63,454 nt of DNA from a virus. The DNA is taken from IMG/VR virus record IMGVR_UViG_3300046517_000593, positions 1-63,454 of that record. The stretch is one strand, 5' to 3'. Each line of letters opens with the position of its first letter. The stretch's first letter is position 1. Shown in pieces: positions 58,859 to 63,454 of the stretch. Made by a program: the position numbers and the translations under genes. Below the pieces are notes generated by a model. It searched no databases. It saw nothing but the letters and a program-made list of their open reading frames with translations, and was not told the DNA's origin.

Positions 58859-60873
58859 TTGAGAAGCTCCTGAATCTGTTCACCAATACCACCAAGCTGC
58901 CTCTTGTATTTCACGGCCAACCGGCAAGCAATGACTGCTTGCTTTGGACTCAGGAAGGAACGCTCTGCGAAGCTGTGGCCTATCGCACAATCAATCTTCG
59001 AGAATCCCATGCCGTTCAACTCTTGAGCTTTATCCTGGTCCATGCCTGCAAGTATTTGCATCGCTCGCAAAGCCAATGCGACTGCCCCAGCAGGAATCAC
59101 TTTAGCTTCCTTTTCGATTTCTTTGACTGTGATTTGAATCGACTTAACCGGACCTCGCTCAGCAATCATCGGCTCATTCAATTCACTTGCGGCTGCCGTC
59201 TCTCCCATTCTGTCCAGAAACTTATCAATCGTGTCCTGCTTCTCAACCACTCGTTGAATCATCACCGAATCAATGGAACCTTCCAAAACCAAATGGCTCA
59301 CGACAACCGAATCCTTTTGACCAATCCTGTGAGTTCGGTCCTCCATCTGGCAAAGATTCCCAGGCACCCAATCACCCTCGACAAACACAACATGATGCGA
59401 TGCCGTCAGCGTCAATCCCTCTTTCGCTGCTTGATTACCGATGAACAAATTGCAGGCAGGGTCATTCTGAAAGCGGTCAACCTGTGGCATTCTCTCTTCT
59501 GCTTTCGTTTCACCGGTCACAACTGCTGCCTGCGGAAATTCGGCAAGCAACGCATGCGCGATATCGAGGTGATGGCAAAAGCAAACAACTTTCCCATTCT
59601 CCAACGCATCATGCAAAAATGAGATGCACTGGGCTAGTTTCGCCTTCGCAGTCTCATGCCGAACGAGCGACATTTCAGCAAAAGCTGCCCCTTGGCCTTT
59701 CCTGAGCGCTTCGACCGCCTCTTCATACTCCTGACGATTATCCGACGCCTTGGCGACCACTAAGCGAGCCTGTAGGGCAACAAGCTCGGCTGCATGGGAA
59801 TCGTATTGCTGCCGCTCCTTGGCTATGAGTTCTTCGCAACCGTCGGATGGAAGTTCTATTACTTGTCTACGCTTTGCCGGAAGTTCGGTGAGCACATCGC
59901 ATTTAAGTCTGCGCACCATAATGGTGGACCTGAGTTTTTCCTGCAACTCCTGTTCATGCGAATGACCGGAAAAATCCCAACCAAAACCAGTCCTCATCCC
60001 AGCACAATACCGCATCGCGAACTTGAAGAAACCTTTCTTCGGGTCGAATGACTGAGGGTCAATATCGGATATCACCGGCCAAAGTTCAATAGGCCGATTC
60101 AGTATCGGAGTGCCGGTTAAAGACAATTTGCGCTTCGCCGGAATCGAAAGAGTCACCTTAGTTCGCCGGGCTTTCGGAGATTTGCAATAGTGCGCCTCGT
60201 CAATAATTCTCAAGTCCCACTGAGTCGCATTAAGCTGATTCGTGAACTTATGCGCGATATCGAAATTCAAAATCACGATATCAGCATCCTTCTGAAACAT
60301 CATCTGCGAAGTCTGGACTGCGACCGTCATCGGCTTAATCAACCATTTTTGAAGTTCGCGAGCCCAATTCCGTTTAAGCGTATTCGGACAAATGATAACA
60401 ACTTTCTTGATGTCCACATTTGAATTGATGACGCCAATGGCCTGTATCGTTTTGCCAAGCCCCATTTCGTCCGCAATGAGGCATCCGTTCTTGCCGCGAC
60501 TGAATAATCCGTTCGCGAACGCGATACCAGCCTTCTGATATCCGAGGTAATTCAAGCCGTCCGGCTTCGGGATTTCAACCGCTGCGTCCGTCGCCCGGCT
60601 TTTCTCCAACGCCTCGACTTTCGCTTCTTTATCCTTCTGTGCTTGAATCGGGTCTACTGCCTGCCACCAATTTGCTATCCATGCTCCGGGATTTCTCTTA
60701 TCAGGAGCACACGAAAGACCGGCGTCTTTCAATTCCTCTTTCGCTTCCCTCCAAATCCTCCAAAATTCCTGAGTAGGTTCAGCCGTTCGGAGAAGTCGCA
60801 GGCCGAGTGGAGTCTCAATCTGTTTCGGTTCCGACCACCGCAGAAGCTTTTCAATCTCAATCGTCGTTGTCAT
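58855..60873 (-). CDS. SNF2-family helicase
   Basis: ADEMGLGKTIQAIG, IIDEAHYCKSP, LSLTGTPILNRPIELW, DRTHRIGQKDSV. Confidence 0.85.
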   Translation of the reverse strand: MTTTIEIEKLLRWSEPKQIETPLGLRLLRTAEPTQEFWRIWREAKEELKDAGLSCAPDKRNPGAWIANWWQAVDPIQAQKDKEAKVEALEKSRATDAAVEIPKPDGLNYLGYQKAGIAFANGLFSRGKNGCLIADEMGLGKTIQAIGVINSNVDIKKVVIICPNTLKRNWARELQKWLIKPMTVAVQTSQMMFQKDADIVILNFDIAHKFTNQLNATQWDLRIIDEAHYCKSPKARRTKVTLSIPAKRKLSLTGTPILNRPIELWPVISDIDPQSFDPKKGFFKFAMRYCAGMRTGFGWDFSGHSHEQELQEKLRSTIMVRRLKCDVLTELPAKRRQVIELPSDGCEELIAKERQQYDSHAAELVALQARLVVAKASDNRQEYEEAVEALRKGQGAAFAEMSLVRHETAKAKLAQCISFLHDALENGKVVCFCHHLDIAHALLAEFPQAAVVTGETKAEERMPQVDRFQNDPACNLFIGNQAAKEGLTLTASHHVVFVEGDWVPGNLCQMEDRTHRIGQKDSVVVSHLVLEGSIDSVMIQRVVEKQDTIDKFLDRMGETAAASELNEPMIAERGPVKSIQITVKEIEKEAKVIPAGAVALALRAMQILAGMDQDKAQELNGMGFSKIDCAIGHSFAERSFLSPKQAVIACRLAVKYKRQLGGIGEQIQELLK

Positions 60874-60876
60874 AGG

Positions 60877-61116
60877 TCAAAACATAGCCGAGCCGCAATT
60901 ATCGCATTGCGCCCAAAAATGAGGCTTGATTCCCAATGTGCCGTGAATGACCGAAACTTTTCGCCCTACGCGGTAGATATTCCCGCAGTCGCACCGATAG
61001 CCCGGTGTCGATTGATATTGCGGCCTATCGCCCGGTTCCCATCCATCGATCTCGTCAAGGAATGTTATGCCAGAGAGCCATTTTTCCGTAATTGTGTGCG
61101 TTTTCGAAGTTTTCAT
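60877..61116 (-). CDS. small zinc-ribbon protein
   Basis: YRCDCGNIY...AQCDNCGS. Confidence 0.55.
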   Translation of the reverse strand: MKTSKTHTITEKWLSGITFLDEIDGWEPGDRPQYQSTPGYRCDCGNIYRVGRKVSVIHGTLGIKPHFWAQCDNCGSAMF

Positions 61117-61197
61117 TTTACCTTTCTTTCTGAGTTACGCTCAGTCGTTTTTTCTTTCTACGTTCAGAATCTATCAGCTTATCTCAAGTTGAAGCGA

Positions 61198-61458
61198 TTA
61201 CAAAATCAGCTTTGATTTATATCTTCCGGAAAGATTGAATCCGAATGGCATTACCGAAAGTCCGGCATCAAACGATTTAATAAATCTTTGAACTGAACGA
61301 GAAGCCATAAATTTCTGACCATGAATCCAAATCGCCTTATCAGTAATAGCAACTGAAAAATTTGGATAAATCCGTTTTACGGCGAGAGCTACCGGACATT
61401 CTAAGTAGCTTTTACTTACTCCATTCCTAATATCTTGCTGCGTCACTTGGATTTTCAT
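61198..61458 (-). CDS. hypothetical protein
   Basis: 86-aa ORF. Confidence 0.55.
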   Translation of the reverse strand: MKIQVTQQDIRNGVSKSYLECPVALAVKRIYPNFSVAITDKAIWIHGQKFMASRSVQRFIKSFDAGLSVMPFGFNLSGRYKSKLIL

Positions 61459-61587
61459 CGCTTTAATTTATCCACAATTTTAAGCCATGCTCCAATCGAC
61501 AAGTAAACAACTGCCAAGAAAATCATCTGAAACGCGAAGCCAATACAGCTTAAAAACTCGCGACCCCGCCGGATGTAATCATCCGCT

Positions 61588-61890
61588 TCAGAGTCCACGA
61601 TTTAGCTCCTCCCGGCTAAGGTTTTCATCGTCACCAGCGTGATGCGATTCCATCGGCTCGAACTCTTGCTTCTCAACTTCGCCGTCCTGGACCGCCTGGC
61701 AGTCCTCACAGTAACCCGATGGCTTGCTGAGGTTGCAGCCGCATTGCTCGCACTGCGCCAGCCTCGCAGGAGAACTCAAAGCCGCGTAGGTCGCATCCAA
61801 AGCAATAGCCGTCGCTCGCAGCAATCGTTCTGCTGCCGCATCGTTCCCCGGATAAACCAATTCATCGAAAATCGCATTCGATATTTTCAT
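61588..61890 (-). CDS. hypothetical Cys-rich acidic protein
   Basis: Start at the ATG at 61890, overlapping the upstream TGA. CEQCGC...YCEDCQ. Confidence 0.5.
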   Translation of the reverse strand: MKISNAIFDELVYPGNDAAAERLLRATAIALDATYAALSSPARLAQCEQCGCNLSKPSGYCEDCQAVQDGEVEKQEFEPMESHHAGDDENLSREELNRGL

Positions 61891-62084
61891 TTCGTTGCCT
61901 CGGTTAAAATTTTGATTACCCAATCCGAAAGTTTACCGTTACCAAACCGTTGAGCCACCCGCACGCATCTACCTTTAAGGGTCGGAGTCATCCTCACGTA
62001 AAGAAATGACGTAGACGGTTCTTCGCGCTTCAGCGCATTCTGGTTTTCTTTCGGAGCAGACATATTTTTTCTTAACCAATCCAT
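61887..62084 (-). CDS. ribbon-helix-helix-like small protein
   Basis: LYVRMTPTLKGRCVRVAQRFGNGKLSDWVIKILTEA, similar in layout to 42990..43160. The start is either the ATG at 62084 or the ATG at 62063. Confidence 0.45.
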   Translation of the reverse strand: MDWLRKNMSAPKENQNALKREEPSTSFLYVRMTPTLKGRCVRVAQRFGNGKLSDWVIKILTEATK

Positions 62085-62281
62085 TCCAGCAAATGCGACT
62101 GATGCTTCTTCACAAGCCTTGCATCCACGAGAATCTGAATCACCTTCTCGTATTGCTCAAGGCTGAGCTTGCCCATGACCATTGCATAGAGTTTGCCGGA
62201 AGGCACCTGCTTGAGTTCGCGAATCGCTTCCGCTATCGCTTGGACCACCTGAAGACCGCCATTAATTTGTTCTTTTGTCAT
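62072..62281 (-). CDS. hypothetical protein
   Basis: 69 aa, preceded by the 21-nt conserved element. Confidence 0.55.
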   Translation of the reverse strand: MTKEQINGGLQVVQAIAEAIRELKQVPSGKLYAMVMGKLSLEQYEKVIQILVDARLVKKHQSHLLEWIG

Positions 62282-62296
62282 ATTCTCTCACTTTCG

Positions 62297-62317
62297 TCGG
62301 TTTCCGCCGAGCCGGTT
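62297..62317 (-). promoter_or_regulatory. 21-nt conserved leader element, copy 1
   Basis: tcggtttccgccgagccggtt ends 15 nt upstream of the ATG at 62281. Confidence 0.6.
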
Positions 62318-62570
62318 AGACAATGACTGATTCAGGATATGAAATATCATGACCAGCGTTTCGATACCACTCCTCACCTTGACAACAAGGCCAAGCAGGA
62401 TTAATCGGAAACGCTTCTCCGCGCATTACGAGCCTGGATATCGTTTCTGGACTAACAGATCCAAGCGCATCCTGGATTACGCAAAACGTATGATAGTCAC
62501 GATTTTCAAGCAAAGCCCGATTTTCTTCGATATGTTTCGTGAATCGAATTACTGAGTAGTCTGATTTCAT
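62316..62570 (-). CDS. hypothetical protein
   Basis: 84 aa, preceded by the 21-nt conserved element. Confidence 0.55.
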   Translation of the reverse strand: MKSDYSVIRFTKHIEENRALLENRDYHTFCVIQDALGSVSPETISRLVMRGEAFPINPAWPCCQGEEWYRNAGHDISYPESVIV

Positions 62571-62586
62571 TATTTGCCTTTCTCTC

Positions 62587-62607
62587 TCGGTTTCCGCCGA
62601 GCCGGTT
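62587..62607 (-). promoter_or_regulatory. 21-nt conserved leader element, copy 2
   Basis: Identical 21-mer, ending 16 nt upstream of the ATG at 62570. Confidence 0.6.
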
Positions 62608-62687
62608 GTAATTTTCTTATTACGTGATGAATCTAGCAGACCTGAATTGATTGTCTATAAAAATCGCATTCCAATTTCTACCTATTT

Positions 62688-62921
62688 TTATAATGCCTCG
62701 TAACACTCGCAGTCCTCACCCTTATCGACCCAAATGTAATACCTTTCATTTATATGAATCAGTAATTGAGAGCGTGTCTCCCGACTTGCGTACGGAAGCT
62801 TAATTTGAATATCCGATTCCACGGCTTTCGGGAAGAAGCATCTTCCCGCACGCTTAGTGCGAATGTTTCCCTTTTCACTGCGCTCCCATACAGCCCATCT
62901 ACATGTCTTGCAACATTTCAT
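62688..62921 (-). CDS. hypothetical Cys-rich protein
   Basis: 77 aa. CCKTC...C...CEC. Confidence 0.5.
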   Translation of the reverse strand: MKCCKTCRWAVWERSEKGNIRTKRAGRCFFPKAVESDIQIKLPYASRETRSQLLIHINERYYIWVDKGEDCECYEAL

Positions 62922-63294
62922 TTTTTTGTAACGCCTGCTCTTTCAGTTGCGCGTAATGCGCCTCGCAATAACCCGTAGAAACATCCTTCAGCGCCAGCAG
63001 GATTTCTTTCGGACAGCACTCACAGCAAGCCCAGAGATTCACAAACTCTCCAAATTTTCGGCATGACAGAACAAAAAACAGAGCCGCTTCACGCTCGTAA
63101 CTCGTGTTGACTTTTGACAGTGGTATCTCCTTTAGGTTCGTCCAGTTCAATGCGAAATGAGTTTCGCTTGCCGGTCGAATCTCCAAATATCTTCGCGCCT
63201 GTTTTCCTGTCTTGGCCGGAAGGCTCACATTGTAACCAATCAACGGATGCGTCCTTTTCAATTCCCAAATCTCTTTCGCTTCTTGTTTAGTCAT
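62899..63294 (-). CDS. hypothetical protein
   Basis: Start trimmed to the ATG at 63294 (MTKQEAKEIW...), which overlaps the TGA of the junction-spanning ORF. Confidence 0.5.
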   Translation of the reverse strand: MTKQEAKEIWELKRTHPLIGYNVSLPAKTGKQARRYLEIRPASETHFALNWTNLKEIPLSKVNTSYEREAALFFVLSCRKFGEFVNLWACCECCPKEILLALKDVSTGYCEAHYAQLKEQALQKNEMLQDM

Positions 63295-63327
63295 AAACAT
63301 TCCATTCTTAATACGTGCATCGCTTCG

Positions 63328-63454
63328 CATTTTTTATCGCGTTCCTCGATATTCGCCATGCCATGCAAATACCTAATCCACCTCTCGCCGATAACCAATG
63401 GTTCTTTGAGTTCCATTATTGGGTCTTCCAGATAACCACCAGTCTCTCGAAGGC
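63328..63454. repeat. Terminal direct repeat, exact copy of 1..127
   Basis: Same 127-nt string as the window start. Confidence 0.95.

Noticed and set aside
61129-61150. Terminator-like hairpin CTGAG-TTACG-CTCAG with a T-run (plus orientation)
   Set aside because: The stem is only 5 bp with weak stability and there is no plus-strand gene upstream. It was not considered reliable.

Overview
The window is a complete, circularly closed genome of a tailed dsDNA phage. Bases 1-127 repeat exactly at 63328-63454, so the unique length is 63,327 bp. Essentially every credible gene is on the minus strand, and genes are packed with ATGA/GTGA start-stop overlaps. In transcription order (high to low coordinates):

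- **Early and DNA-modification module (63294-53390):** small early genes, then two SNF2/DEAD-type helicases, two ParB-like proteins, an SPPF-motif DNA methyltransferase, an HNH endonuclease and a GT-A-like gene split by one in-frame TGA.
- **Packaging and head:** small and large terminase, portal, a Mu-like head set (I-like protease, scaffold, DUF2190-like decoration protein, major capsid protein) and neck genes.
- **Siphovirus tail:** tube, G/GT chaperones with a GGGAAAA -1 slippery site, tape measure, and a lambda/GTA-like tip (DUF2460-like protein with a malectin insert, DUF2163/BR0599-like protein, NlpC/P60, J-like protein, fibre).
- **Membrane/lipoprotein lysis-like cassette**, closed by two intrinsic terminators.
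- **Replication module:** SSB-like protein, HTH initiator with internal iterons, T7 gp4-like primase-helicase, MazG, J-domain protein, SWIM protein, HNH and PD-(D/E)XK nucleases.

No integrase, CRISPR array or rRNA was seen. The host looks diderm, based on lipoboxes, a Tat motif and spanin-like genes.

Observations most worth follow-up:
1. A perfect (GCTCCN)x40 hexamer array upstream of the SSB-like gene.
2. A 14-bp double-GATC palindrome present five times around the genome, in one orientation and in three reading-frame contexts. One copy lies inside a ParB/HTH gene and two are embedded in an identical 22-nt RBS+ATG cassette.
3. Two cassettes of about 12 genes in total with Sec/Tat export signals or membrane anchors (LamG, beta-helix and related proteins), embedded in the head operon.
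4. A hydrophobic leader peptide shared by the head-decoration and tail-tube genes and conserved at codon level.
5. A lone plus-strand 42-aa membrane-peptide ORF with its own terminator inside a 410-bp gap.
6. A lambda-O-like iteron origin inside the initiator gene.
7. An atypical 127-nt tRNA-like element.

All functional calls come from motifs read by eye and need HMM or structure confirmation.
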